Positions 1 to 8,514 of a DNA stretch of 55,128 bases are shown here, in pieces. Below the pieces are notes generated by a model. It searched no databases, was not told the origin of the DNA, and saw only the letters and a program-made list of their open reading frames with translations. A program made the position numbers and the translations under genes. The stretch spans positions 1 through 55,128 of the forward strand of contig CAJXRR010000001.1 of assembly GCA_913060575.1 (NCBI GenBank). The letters run 5' to 3'. The number at the start of each line of letters is the position of its first letter. The first letter of the stretch is position 1. Origin of the DNA: an uncultured Flavobacterium sp. GTDB lineage: Bacteria > Bacteroidota > Bacteroidia > Flavobacteriales > Flavobacteriaceae.

Positions 1-157
1 TATCAAATTCTTTTTCGAATTCCATAATCAATTCAACAGTATCTAAAGAATCTGCTCCTAAATCATTAGTGAAGCTCGCTTCTGTAGTTACTTCATTATC
101 GTCTACTCCTAATTTATCTACGATAATAGCTTTTACTCTTGATGCAATGTCTGACAT
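1..157 (-). CDS. acpP: Acyl carrier protein (3' end outside window)
   Basis: Manual translation [52 protein letters not shown]; GADSLD phosphopantetheine motif; not in ORF track. Confidence 0.97.
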   Translation of the reverse strand, partial: MSDIASRVKAIIVDKLGVDDNEVTTEASFTNDLGADSLDTVELIMEFEKEFD

Positions 158-188
158 AATCTATTAATTTTTAAATTTAAAATCGAAG

Positions 189-196
189 CAAAAATA
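189..196 (-). promoter_or_regulatory. Bacteroidetes -7 promoter element for acpP
   Basis: TATTTTTG on minus strand, matches TAnnTTTG, 31 nt upstream of ATG. Confidence 0.6.
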
Positions 197-326
197 CAAA
201 TCTTATTAGTTTAAACGAATTTTTACCCGAAAAATGAACTCTAAAGTAAATAATTTTATCGAATGTTTGTTTTAAAAATTACAATATCAACTATTATTCT
301 TTCTTTTGTATTTGAAAACACTATAA

Positions 327-896
327 ATGAAGAGAGTTGTAATTTTTGCATCCGGTGCTGGTTCTAATGCCGAAAACATTATCAAATACTTCGAAAATTC
401 TAGCCATGTCAGTGTACAAAAAGTGTTTTGTAATAAAAAAAATGCTGGGGTTTTTGATCGTTGTTTACATCTAAATATTGCTTGTGAATGGTTTTCTCGT
501 GAAGAGTTTTCTTATTCTGAGGTTATCTTGAACAAATTAAAAGATCAAGCCGACTTCATTGTTTTAGCTGGGTTTTTATGGAAAATTCCTGAACCTATGG
601 TAAAAGCCTTTCCAAATAAGATTATTAATATTCATCCGGCTTTATTGCCAAAATATGGCGGAAAGGGAATGTACGGAATGAATGTTCATAAGGCTGTAAA
701 AGACAATCTTGAAAAAGAAACTGGAATTACTATTCATTTTGTTAATGAACACTATGATGACGGAGCAATCATTTTTCAAGCAAAAACTGAATTAGAAACC
801 TCGGATTCTCCGGAAGATATTGCACAAAAAATTCATGCGCTAGAATACAAGCACTTTCCAAAAATAATTGAAGAAACCATTTTAAAAGATGGCTAA
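327..896 (+). CDS. purN: Phosphoribosylglycinamide formyltransferase
   Basis: FASGAGSN, INIHPALLPKYGG, GITIHFV..YDDG motifs. Confidence 0.96.
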   Translation: MKRVVIFASGAGSNAENIIKYFENSSHVSVQKVFCNKKNAGVFDRCLHLNIACEWFSREEFSYSEVILNKLKDQADFIVLAGFLWKIPEPMVKAFPNKIINIHPALLPKYGGKGMYGMNVHKAVKDNLEKETGITIHFVNEHYDDGAIIFQAKTELETSDSPEDIAQKIHALEYKHFPKIIEETILKDG

Positions 897-1524
897 GAAA
901 AAATACTATGTTGTTTGGAAAGGAAAAGAAACGGGAGTTTTCTCTTCTTGGGATGTTACTAAAAAATTAGTGCAAGGTTTTGATGGAGCTCTCTACAAAT
1001 CGTTTGGCGATAAAGTCGAGGCTGAAAAAGCTTTTAAAAAGAAATTTTCTGATTATAAAGGGAAGAGTACTAAAAAGCCTGTTTTATCTGCTACTGAAAA
1101 AGCAAGCTACGGACTTCCTATTAAACAGAGCTTAACCGTTGATGCTGCCTGTAGTGGAAATCCAGGGAAGATGGAATATCGTGGGGTTTTAAATCATAAC
1201 CTGCAAGAAGTTTTTAAAAAAGGCCCTTATAATAATGGAACAAATAATATCGGTGAATTTTTGGCCTTAGTTCACGGAATTGCATTATTAAAAAAGAAAG
1301 GCTTACTTAAACTACCTATCTACTCCGATTCAAAAATAGCCATGTCTTGGGTTAAAAAGAAACAATGTAGAACCAATGTTGTTTTTGATGCTTCAAACAA
1401 TGATCTCTTACAATTAATTCATAGAGCTGAAAAATGGCTTAAAGAAAATTCATATCAAAATCCTATTCTAAAATGGGAGACAAAAGCTTGGGGAGAAATT
1501 CCTGCTGACTTTGGAAGAAAGTAA
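889..1524 (+). CDS. rnhA: Ribonuclease HI with N-terminal viroplasmin (hybrid-binding) domain
   Basis: KYYVVWKG..GVF.SW N-domain; catalytic VDAACSG, NNIGEF, YSDS, PADFG; overlaps purN by 8 nt. Confidence 0.93.
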   Translation: MAKKKYYVVWKGKETGVFSSWDVTKKLVQGFDGALYKSFGDKVEAEKAFKKKFSDYKGKSTKKPVLSATEKASYGLPIKQSLTVDAACSGNPGKMEYRGVLNHNLQEVFKKGPYNNGTNNIGEFLALVHGIALLKKKGLLKLPIYSDSKIAMSWVKKKQCRTNVVFDASNNDLLQLIHRAEKWLKENSYQNPILKWETKAWGEIPADFGRK

Positions 1525-1558
1525 TCCTAAGCTATTACTGAGTTTATATGGATTAACA

Positions 1559-1590
1559 TTTGCCTATCTCCTTGATTTTTTGTACTTTTG
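1559..1590 (+). promoter_or_regulatory. -33/-7 promoter upstream of uORF, small protein and sigma factor
   Basis: TTTG (1559-1562), 20-nt spacer, TACTTTTG (1583-1590). Confidence 0.75.
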
Positions 1591-1595
1591 CAGCT

Positions 1596-1697
1596 ATGAT
1601 GTATTTACCACACGAAAGAAAAAATCAAAGAATCTTCACTTTTAGCTTTCAGGTTTTCAGAAACCAATCTGACAAATACATTCCTCCAACTTTATAA
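1596..1697 (+). CDS. Putative leaderless leader peptide, 33 aa (MMYLPHERKNQRIFTFSFQVFRNQSDKYIPPTL)
   Basis: ATG 5 nt after the -7 element; open to TAA at 1695-1697; Pro-Pro near C-terminus; translation unproven. Confidence 0.35.
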   Translation: MMYLPHERKNQRIFTFSFQVFRNQSDKYIPPTL

Positions 1698-1832
1698 GTA
1701 TTTTTTTACTAGCAGACTATTTAATAGTCATTTTAATCTATTGACTAAGCATTATTAATTTCTTAGTTATCCTTTGCTTTTGATTTTTCTAAGCAACTAT
1801 TTTTTAATCATTATATACAAACCATATCAATC

Positions 1833-2024
1833 ATGAAATTATTTCACGTGAAACGAACATCTCAATATGAGCATCGTTACAGCAAAAAAATGGGAATTCT
1901 AAAAACTAGGGTTACCTACATCAAGAAATATGTTCTAATCTTTCCTTTAAAAACACTTCATAAATATCGCGAAACTTATTACGGAGAAATCAAGAGTTGT
2001 TCTGATTGTTCTCTAACTGCATAA
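1833..2024 (+). CDS. Small basic hypothetical protein with C-terminal CxxC
   Basis: 63 aa, K/R/Y-rich, ends CSDC; A-rich initiation context; 24 nt upstream of sigma factor. Confidence 0.75.
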   Translation: MKLFHVKRTSQYEHRYSKKMGILKTRVTYIKKYVLIFPLKTLHKYRETYYGEIKSCSDCSLTA

Positions 2025-2048
2025 AATTATTCACCTTAAAACCCAAAT

Positions 2049-2912
2049 ATGAGACAGCTAAAAATCGTTAAGCAAGTTACCAAAAGAGATTCTAAATCAT
2101 TAGATAAGTATCTACAAGAAATTGCTAAAGAGCCCTTAATTACTGCTAATGAAGAAGTAGAATTAGCTCAAAAAATTAAACAAGGAAGTCAGGTAGCTTT
2201 AGAACAATTGGTAAAGGCTAATTTGAGGTTTGTTGTATCGGTGGCAAAACAATATCAAAATCAAGGTTTAAAATTAATTGATTTAATAAATGAAGGAAAT
2301 ATTGGTTTAGTAAAAGCGGCAAAACGATTTGATGAAACGAGAGGATTTAAATTTATCTCTTATGCTGTTTGGTGGATTCGTCAATGTATTTTACAAGCGC
2401 TTGCCGAGCAATCTAGAACAATACGGTTGCCTCTAAATAAAATTGGGAGCATTAGTAAAATAAATAAGGCTATGTCAAAATTAGAGCAAAGGCATGAAAG
2501 AATGCCAAGTGCAGAAGAAATAGCCAATGAGGTTGATGTGTCTGTTGACAACGTAAAAAGTTGTTTAAAGGCGAGTTCTAGATCCGTGTCAATGGATGCT
2601 CCATTTAGAGAAGGTGAATCTTCAAATTTATATGATGTGGTTAGTTCTCATAAATCTCCAAACCCTGAAAAAGGGTTGATACAAGATTCTTTGAGGACTC
2701 ATATTTCGATGGTTTTAAAAAGGTTGCCTGATAAAGAAGCAACTGTTCTTAAAATGTATTTTGGTCTTAATACACAACAACCTATGAGTTTGTCAGAAAT
2801 CGGCGATCATTTTGAAATTACTCGTGAACGTGTGCGTCAAATGAAAGAAAAAGCAATTAAAAAACTTCGTGTCAAAAGCAGCAAAGAAGTATTACAAACC
2901 TATTTAGGATAA
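2049..2912 (+). CDS. RpoD/SigA-family sigma-70 factor (Bacteroidetes type, no region 1.1), probably a diverged paralog
   Basis: MRQLKI start, ANLRFVVSVAKQY, DLINEGNIGL, GFKFISYAVWWIRQ, TRERVRQ. Confidence 0.95.
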   Translation: MRQLKIVKQVTKRDSKSLDKYLQEIAKEPLITANEEVELAQKIKQGSQVALEQLVKANLRFVVSVAKQYQNQGLKLIDLINEGNIGLVKAAKRFDETRGFKFISYAVWWIRQCILQALAEQSRTIRLPLNKIGSISKINKAMSKLEQRHERMPSAEEIANEVDVSVDNVKSCLKASSRSVSMDAPFREGESSNLYDVVSSHKSPNPEKGLIQDSLRTHISMVLKRLPDKEATVLKMYFGLNTQQPMSLSEIGDHFEITRERVRQMKEKAIKKLRVKSSKEVLQTYLG

Positions 2913-2918
2913 AATTAT

Positions 2919-2948
2919 AAGCCCTCAAGAACACTTTTTTGAGGGTTT
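2919..2948. terminator. Hairpin between convergent sigma and TMEM175 genes
   Basis: CCCTCAA (2922-2928) / TTGAGGG (2939-2945) inverted repeat. Confidence 0.7.
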
Positions 2949-3573
2949 ATTTTACTTGTTCTTTAGCAACCTTATTTCTATAATATCGATCAATAAAAGG
3001 ATTTAAGATAAAAATTAGAATGAAAATGAATCTGGCAATTTCTATCGTAAAAAATGCCAAGACTCCTGCAAGAAGCCAAACAATAACTGTATTTAACATT
3101 CTGGAAGCTTCCCAGTTTCTGTGCAGTTTGTCTAAACCTGTTTGCCCTCTTTCTTTTTTAGCAACAGCAAGAATCATAAAAAGAATCATCAAAGCTATCA
3201 ATGAAAGATTGATTGAATAGAATACAAAAGGACCTACAAAATTGATTCCGTTCACATAAAAGGCTGTTGAGAAAGGTAATAAGACTACAAAAAAGAGCAA
3301 GAAAATATTGATCCAAAGTAATTTAGGGTTAAAACTTGTAAGGTATTTTGTGATCTTCATATAATCAATCCAATAGAATGCAGTCACAAAAAAACTAACA
3401 ACAAACCCTATAAAATTAGGAATCCTTTCTGCTAAAACAGCCCAAATCCCTGACTTATTTAAAATGGTATAGCTTGGTACCGCAACCTCTAAGACTAATA
3501 AAGTCATCGCAATTGAAAAAACCGCGTCAGAAAATCCTAGAATTCTAGATTTGTCAAAAGATAATTTTTCCAT
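2947..3573 (-). CDS. TMEM175 (DUF1211) family potassium channel
   Basis: R...FSDAVFSIAMTLLVLE signature and multiple TM helices; start moved to MEKLSF (3573) because the upstream extension runs through promoter, terminator and repeat. Confidence 0.9.
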   Translation of the reverse strand: MEKLSFDKSRILGFSDAVFSIAMTLLVLEVAVPSYTILNKSGIWAVLAERIPNFIGFVVSFFVTAFYWIDYMKITKYLTSFNPKLLWINIFLLFFVVLLPFSTAFYVNGINFVGPFVFYSINLSLIALMILFMILAVAKKERGQTGLDKLHRNWEASRMLNTVIVWLLAGVLAFFTIEIARFIFILIFILNPFIDRYYRNKVAKEQVK

Positions 3574-3584
3574 TTGTTTTTTCT

Positions 3585-3592
3585 CAAATATA
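3585..3592 (-). promoter_or_regulatory. -7 promoter element for TMEM175 gene
   Basis: TATATTTG on minus strand, 11 nt upstream of ATG. Confidence 0.6.
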
Positions 3593-3605
3593 AAGTTTTT
3601 GTCAT

Positions 3606-3635
3606 AAAAAAACCCAAGCATAAAGCTTGGGTTTT
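3606..3635 (-). terminator. Intrinsic terminator of sdhCAB
   Basis: AAAACCCAAGC-ataaa-GCTTGGGTTTT stem with T-tract on minus strand. Confidence 0.85.
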
Positions 3636-3653
3636 CTTTATTATAATGATAAA

Positions 3654-3680
3654 GACCTCTCGACTGCGCTCGAGGTGACA
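3654..3680. repeat. REP-like GC-rich palindromic intergenic element
   Basis: Minus strand TGTCACCTCGAGCGCAGTCGAGAGGTC; CTCGA/TCGAG stem; resembles TGTCA-ended palindromes I recall from flavobacterial intergenic DNA. Confidence 0.65.
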
Positions 3681-3693
3681 TTCTATTTTTAAT

Positions 3694-4440
3694 TTATCCT
3701 TTAAAACTTGCCGATAAATATTCACGATTCATTCTAGCAATATTCTCTAAAGAAATTCCTTTTGGACATTCTACTTCACAAGCTCCTGTATTCGTACAGT
3801 TTCCAAATCCTTCATCATCCATTTGTTGCACCATATTTAAAACTCTATCTGTTGCTTCAACCTGACCTTGAGGTAACAATGCAAATTGAGAAACTTTTGC
3901 AGAAACAAATAACATGGCACTAGAGTTTTTACAGCTTGCTACACAAGCTCCACAACCAATACATGTTGCTGCATCAAAAGCAGTATCAGCATCGTGTTTA
4001 TTAATTGGAATTGAGTTTGCGTCTTGTGTATTTCCTGAAGTATTAACAGAAATAAACCCTCCTGCGTGTTGTATTCTATCAAAAGCAGATCTATCTACAA
4101 TTAAATCTTTAATCACTGGAAAAGCGGTAGCTCTCCAAGGTTCAATAAAAATAGTGTCTCCATCTTTAAAGCTACGCATGTGTAATTGACACACAGTAAC
4201 CATTGAGTCAGGTCCATGTGCTTGTCCATTTACAAACATAGAACACATTCCGCAGATTCCTTCACGACAATCATGATCAAAAGCAACTGGCTCTTCTCCT
4301 TTATCGATAAGGTCTTGATTTAATACATCTAGCATTTCTAGAAACGACATATCTGGCGAAACATCGGTCATTGGATACTCAACTATTTTCCCTGTATCTT
4401 TTGCGTTCTTTTGACGCCATATTTTAAGTGTAAGATTCAT
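3694..4440 (-). CDS. sdhB: Succinate dehydrogenase/fumarate reductase iron-sulfur subunit
   Basis: [32 protein letters not shown]. Confidence 0.97.
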   Translation of the reverse strand: MNLTLKIWRQKNAKDTGKIVEYPMTDVSPDMSFLEMLDVLNQDLIDKGEEPVAFDHDCREGICGMCSMFVNGQAHGPDSMVTVCQLHMRSFKDGDTIFIEPWRATAFPVIKDLIVDRSAFDRIQHAGGFISVNTSGNTQDANSIPINKHDADTAFDAATCIGCGACVASCKNSSAMLFVSAKVSQFALLPQGQVEATDRVLNMVQQMDDEGFGNCTNTGACEVECPKGISLENIARMNREYLSASFKG

Positions 4441-4449
4441 CTTTCTTGA

Positions 4450-6447
4450 TTATTTATAGCTTCTTTCTTTAACTTTTATGTTCTCGTACTCAAGCTCTTC
4501 TTTATGCAATACTGCATCTTTAGGCTCTCCTTTAAATTCCCAAGCGGATACAAACTGAAACTCTTTACGACGCATCGCTTCCCCTTCTGGTGTTTGGTAT
4601 TCGTCTCTAAAATGTCCTCCAGCAGATTCTTCTCTTACTAAAGCATCTTTAGCAAATAATTCACCTAACTCAAGAAAATCTGCAACACGTCCCGCTTTCG
4701 CTAGCTCTTCGTTGTATTCATCAGCATTTCCTGGGATTTTAACTTCTTTCCAGAATTCTTCTCTTAATTCAGCAATTTCCGTAATCGCTTCTTTTAGATC
4801 TTTTTCATTTCTAGCCATTCCACATTTATTCCACATGATTTTACCTAATCGCTTATGGAAATGATCTACTGATTTTGATCCGTTGTTATTAACCAACTTA
4901 TCAATCGTCTCGTTTACATTTTTCTCTGCTTCATCAAATTCTTTTGAATCTGTTGAAATAGGTCCTGTTCTAATATCATCGGCTAAATAATCACCAATAG
5001 TATATGGTAAAACGAAATATCCATCAGCCAATCCTTGCATTAAGGCAGAAGCTCCTAATCGGTTTGCACCATGATCAGAGAAATTAGCTTCACCAATGGC
5101 ATACAAACCAGGCACTGTTGTCATTAAGTTATAATCTACCCAAATACCTCCCATTGTATAGTGAACAGCTGGGTAAATCATCATTGGAGTTTCGTATGGG
5201 TTTTGATCTACGATTTTCTCGTACATCTGAAATAAGTTCCCGTATTTATTCTTAACGATTTCTTGTCCTAATTTTCTAACTAGTGCATCATCATTTTCAT
5301 CCAATCCTTTCACATGAGCTTGCTCTTTTCCGTAGCGCATAAATGCAGATGCAAAATCTAAATATACTGCCTCTCCTGTTTTATTAACACCATAACCTGC
5401 GTCACATCGTTCTTTTGCAGCTCTTGATGCTACATCACGTGGCACTAAGTTTCCAAAGGCTGGATATCTTCTTTCTAAATAGTAATCTCTATCTTCTTCA
5501 GCAAGTTCTGTTGGTTTTAAAGAACCATTTCTAATTGCTTCAACATCTTTTAAGTGTTTTGGAACCCAAATACGCCCGTCATTTCTTAAGGATTCTGACA
5601 TCAATGTTAACTTCGATTGATGATCTCCAGAAACAGGAATACAAGTTGGGTGAATTTGAGTATAACATGGATTCGCAAAATACGCTCCACGTTTATGTGC
5701 TTTCCAAGCTGCCGTTACATTAGATCCCATTGCATAGGTTGAAAGGTAAAATGCATTTCCATAACCTCCAGTTCCTAAAACAACAGCATGTGCTGAATGC
5801 CTTTCAATTTCTCCAGTAACTAAGTTTCGAGCAATAATTCCTCTTGCTTTTCCATCAACAATGACAACGTCTAACATTTCGTGACGTGTGTGCATTTTGA
5901 TTTTTCCTCGTCCTATCTGACGATTCATTGCGGAATAGGCTCCTAATAATAATTGCTGTCCTGTCTGTCCTTTTGCATAAAAAGTTCTTGAAACCAATAC
6001 ACCTCCAAAAGAACGATTGTCTAACAAACCTCCATAATCACGTGCAAAAGGAACTCCTTGTGCCACACATTGATCGATAATGTTTGCGGAAACCTCTGCC
6101 AAACGGTATACGTTGGATTCACGAGAACGATAGTCTCCTCCTTTTACAGTGTCATAAAAAAGTCTGTAAGTAGAGTCTCCGTCTCCTTGATAGTTTTTTG
6201 CTGCGTTGATTCCTCCTTGTGCTGCAATTGAGTGCGCACGTCTCGGTGAATCTTGAAAGCAAAATGCTTTTACATTGTATCCTAATTCTGCTAAGGTTGC
6301 AGCAGCCGAACCTCCGGCTAAACCTGTACCAACAACAATAATATCAATAAGACGTTTGTTTGCTGGATTCACAAGGTTAATGTCGTTTTTATGTTTTGTC
6401 CACTTGTCTGCTAGTGGTCCCTGTGGTATTTTTGAATCTAAAGCCAT
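4450..6447 (-). CDS. sdhA: Succinate dehydrogenase/fumarate reductase flavoprotein subunit
   Basis: [38 protein letters not shown]. Confidence 0.97.
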   Translation of the reverse strand: MALDSKIPQGPLADKWTKHKNDINLVNPANKRLIDIIVVGTGLAGGSAAATLAELGYNVKAFCFQDSPRRAHSIAAQGGINAAKNYQGDGDSTYRLFYDTVKGGDYRSRESNVYRLAEVSANIIDQCVAQGVPFARDYGGLLDNRSFGGVLVSRTFYAKGQTGQQLLLGAYSAMNRQIGRGKIKMHTRHEMLDVVIVDGKARGIIARNLVTGEIERHSAHAVVLGTGGYGNAFYLSTYAMGSNVTAAWKAHKRGAYFANPCYTQIHPTCIPVSGDHQSKLTLMSESLRNDGRIWVPKHLKDVEAIRNGSLKPTELAEEDRDYYLERRYPAFGNLVPRDVASRAAKERCDAGYGVNKTGEAVYLDFASAFMRYGKEQAHVKGLDENDDALVRKLGQEIVKNKYGNLFQMYEKIVDQNPYETPMMIYPAVHYTMGGIWVDYNLMTTVPGLYAIGEANFSDHGANRLGASALMQGLADGYFVLPYTIGDYLADDIRTGPISTDSKEFDEAEKNVNETIDKLVNNNGSKSVDHFHKRLGKIMWNKCGMARNEKDLKEAITEIAELREEFWKEVKIPGNADEYNEELAKAGRVADFLELGELFAKDALVREESAGGHFRDEYQTPEGEAMRRKEFQFVSAWEFKGEPKDAVLHKEELEYENIKVKERSYK

Positions 6448-7139
6448 TATAAAATCTGTTTTAGATGATGGAATAATGCAATAAAAATGAATCCTAAAGG
6501 AATTCCGATTGCATATATTTTTGAAAATCTTTTCAATCCTTTTGTATACTTGTTGTTTGCTCCAACTGATTGAAATGCTGAATCAAATCCGTGTAATAAG
6601 TGTAGTGCTAAGAACACAAAAGAAACACAATAAGCAATCGTTCTAATATGATCGTGGAATTTATGAACCAATTCTTCATAGTATCTGAATCCACTATCAG
6701 CAACATTTGGGTCTATTAAACCTGTCATATCTCCTTCGATATACTTGATATTGATTTCTGGAATCCAAAAATCAATAAAGTGTAATATCATGAAAGCTAA
6801 TATTACCAAACCACTCCAAATCATATTTCTGCTTACCCAAGAAGAATTTGCTCCTCCGTTGTTTTTTGCGTACTTGATTCTACGTGCTTTGTTGTTTTTG
6901 ATCTCCAACACAAAGCCCATCACAAAGTGAAAAATCACTCCAAAAATTAAGACTGGCTGCAATGCATATTGTATCACCCAAAAGGTTCCCATAAAATGAG
7001 AAACCTCATTAAATGTATCTGGACTGAATACAGAAAGAATGTTAATTGCAAAATGTTGTAAAAGGAAAATCATGAGAAAGAGTGCCGATAATGCCATGGC
7101 AAACTTTCTACCTATTGAAGAACTTAAAATTCCACTCAT
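6447..7139 (-). CDS. sdhC: Succinate dehydrogenase cytochrome b subunit (b558 type)
   Basis: [12 protein letters not shown] start, 5 TM helices with heme-ligand His, coupled to sdhA. Confidence 0.95.
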   Translation of the reverse strand: MSGILSSSIGRKFAMALSALFLMIFLLQHFAINILSVFSPDTFNEVSHFMGTFWVIQYALQPVLIFGVIFHFVMGFVLEIKNNKARRIKYAKNNGGANSSWVSRNMIWSGLVILAFMILHFIDFWIPEINIKYIEGDMTGLIDPNVADSGFRYYEELVHKFHDHIRTIAYCVSFVFLALHLLHGFDSAFQSVGANNKYTKGLKRFSKIYAIGIPLGFIFIALFHHLKQIL

Positions 7140-7163
7140 TTTTTCATTAGTTTATTGTGTTTA

Positions 7164-7195
7164 CAAAGGTACAACGCAAACGTTTTCTGACCAAA
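7164..7195 (-). promoter_or_regulatory. -33/-7 promoter of sdhCAB
   Basis: Minus strand TTTG (7195-7192), 20 nt, TACCTTTG (7171-7164). Confidence 0.75.
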
Positions 7196-7218
7196 CCTTG
7201 AAAACTATTTTACCTTGT

Positions 7219-7237
7219 ATTTAGAATGATTATAATT
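7219..7237. promoter_or_regulatory. Putative Fur-type box upstream of sdh promoter
   Basis: ATTTAGAATGATTATAATT; 16/19 match to palindrome ATTTAGAATnATTCTAAAT (n counted as T); similar site at suf. Confidence 0.55.
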
Positions 7238-7253
7238 ACTTAAAAGAAAAACT

Positions 7254-8471
7254 CTATTTGATTATTTTAATCTCGACTCTTCGGTTATTATTTCTTCCTT
7301 CTTCGGTTAAGTTGTTGTCTATTGGTTCTGACTCACCTAATCCAACTACCGAAATTCTGTCTTTAGAAATTCCGCTATCTACAAGGTAGTTTCTAACTGC
7401 ACTTGCTCTTCTGAATGACAAAGTTCTGTTTAATTTATAGTCTCCAACACTATCTGTATGACCAATAATTTCAAACCTAGCATCTAAAGGTTCACTTATT
7501 AATATTTTGGCCAAATCAATTAGGTGAGGATATGTGTCTTGAGTAAAATTATAATTTCCAGACTCAAACTTGATCCTTTTTGATACGTTTACTGCAGTTA
7601 GTTTTGCTTCTTCTTTTTTAGGTTCTTCTATTTTTGTTGTTTTTTGTAAAGGCATTGGGCAACCACCATTTGAAGGAGATCCTTTTATTTGTGGACAATT
7701 ATCTGCTTTGTCTAAAACTCCATCGTTATCAGTGTCAGAATAAGGACAACCGTTATTATCAATATACCCGGCGTCATTTGGGCAAGAGTCTTTATCATCA
7801 GGAATAGAGTCACCGTCAGAATCAACAAAAGAAACTGACTCCGTTACTTCTATTTTCTTTTTAATCTCCTTTTTTCCAAGCTTAACAACCAGTCCAAAAG
7901 TATATAAGAAATGTCCGGTTTCATATAATTCAGCATCGTTAAAAGAATTTTTAATAGTTGTATTAAAATCAAGCCCTAAACGATCAGAGACCCATATCGT
8001 TGCACCTCCACCATAATTGGCTGTAAAAGTTCCTTTGTTGATGGTAAATCTACCCAAACCTGCATTTGCATAAATATTTAACCAAGAAAATTCTGGGGAA
8101 AAATTAAAAAGTTCGTTTAGATATAATTTTGCATTAACATCAAAAGCATAATACCCTTCATTATTAGGCAATTTTAGACCGTCTATAACCCCTGTAGATG
8201 CGTCCCACGAATTAAGACTTGCTATAGCTTCTATACCAAAAAGCCTACTGATTCTTTTTTCTATTGCGAGGGTTAACGGTATGTCTCCAAAGGCACTTTG
8301 ATCTGTTCTAGAAAGCCCTCCAAATAGTTGACCTCCACCTCGATTATCAACAACATTAGCTCCAATCTTGAAAGACCATTTATTATGCTCTACAAGAGAA
8401 TCTTTTTTATAATCTTGTGAGAATGATTTTAAAGAACATAAAATCAATAAACAAGTGACAATTTTTTTCAT
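7254..8471 (-). CDS. OmpA family protein (beta-barrel, thrombospondin type 3 repeats, OmpA C-terminal domain)
   Basis: Signal peptide; DSDGDSIPDDKDSCP and DTDNDGVLDKADNCP; GHTD..G, LS.RRA..V..YL, NRRVEI. Confidence 0.93.
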   Translation of the reverse strand: MKKIVTCLLILCSLKSFSQDYKKDSLVEHNKWSFKIGANVVDNRGGGQLFGGLSRTDQSAFGDIPLTLAIEKRISRLFGIEAIASLNSWDASTGVIDGLKLPNNEGYYAFDVNAKLYLNELFNFSPEFSWLNIYANAGLGRFTINKGTFTANYGGGATIWVSDRLGLDFNTTIKNSFNDAELYETGHFLYTFGLVVKLGKKEIKKKIEVTESVSFVDSDGDSIPDDKDSCPNDAGYIDNNGCPYSDTDNDGVLDKADNCPQIKGSPSNGGCPMPLQKTTKIEEPKKEEAKLTAVNVSKRIKFESGNYNFTQDTYPHLIDLAKILISEPLDARFEIIGHTDSVGDYKLNRTLSFRRASAVRNYLVDSGISKDRISVVGLGESEPIDNNLTEEGRNNNRRVEIKIIK

Positions 8472-8514
8472 AAGATTGATGTATTAAATTTAACAAACGA
8501 GATAAATATACTCG

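Noticed and set aside
889-1524. Viroplasmin domain as evidence of viral origin
   Set aside because: It is the normal hybrid-binding domain of this RNase HI type.
3574-3681. N-terminal extension MSPRAQSRG... of the TMEM175 ORF
   Set aside because: It translates the REP-like repeat, the terminator and the promoter. Other over-long starts (16796, 23875, 27143, 31968, 40001, 47506, 50865, 53596) were trimmed for overlap, promoter position or signal-peptide placement.
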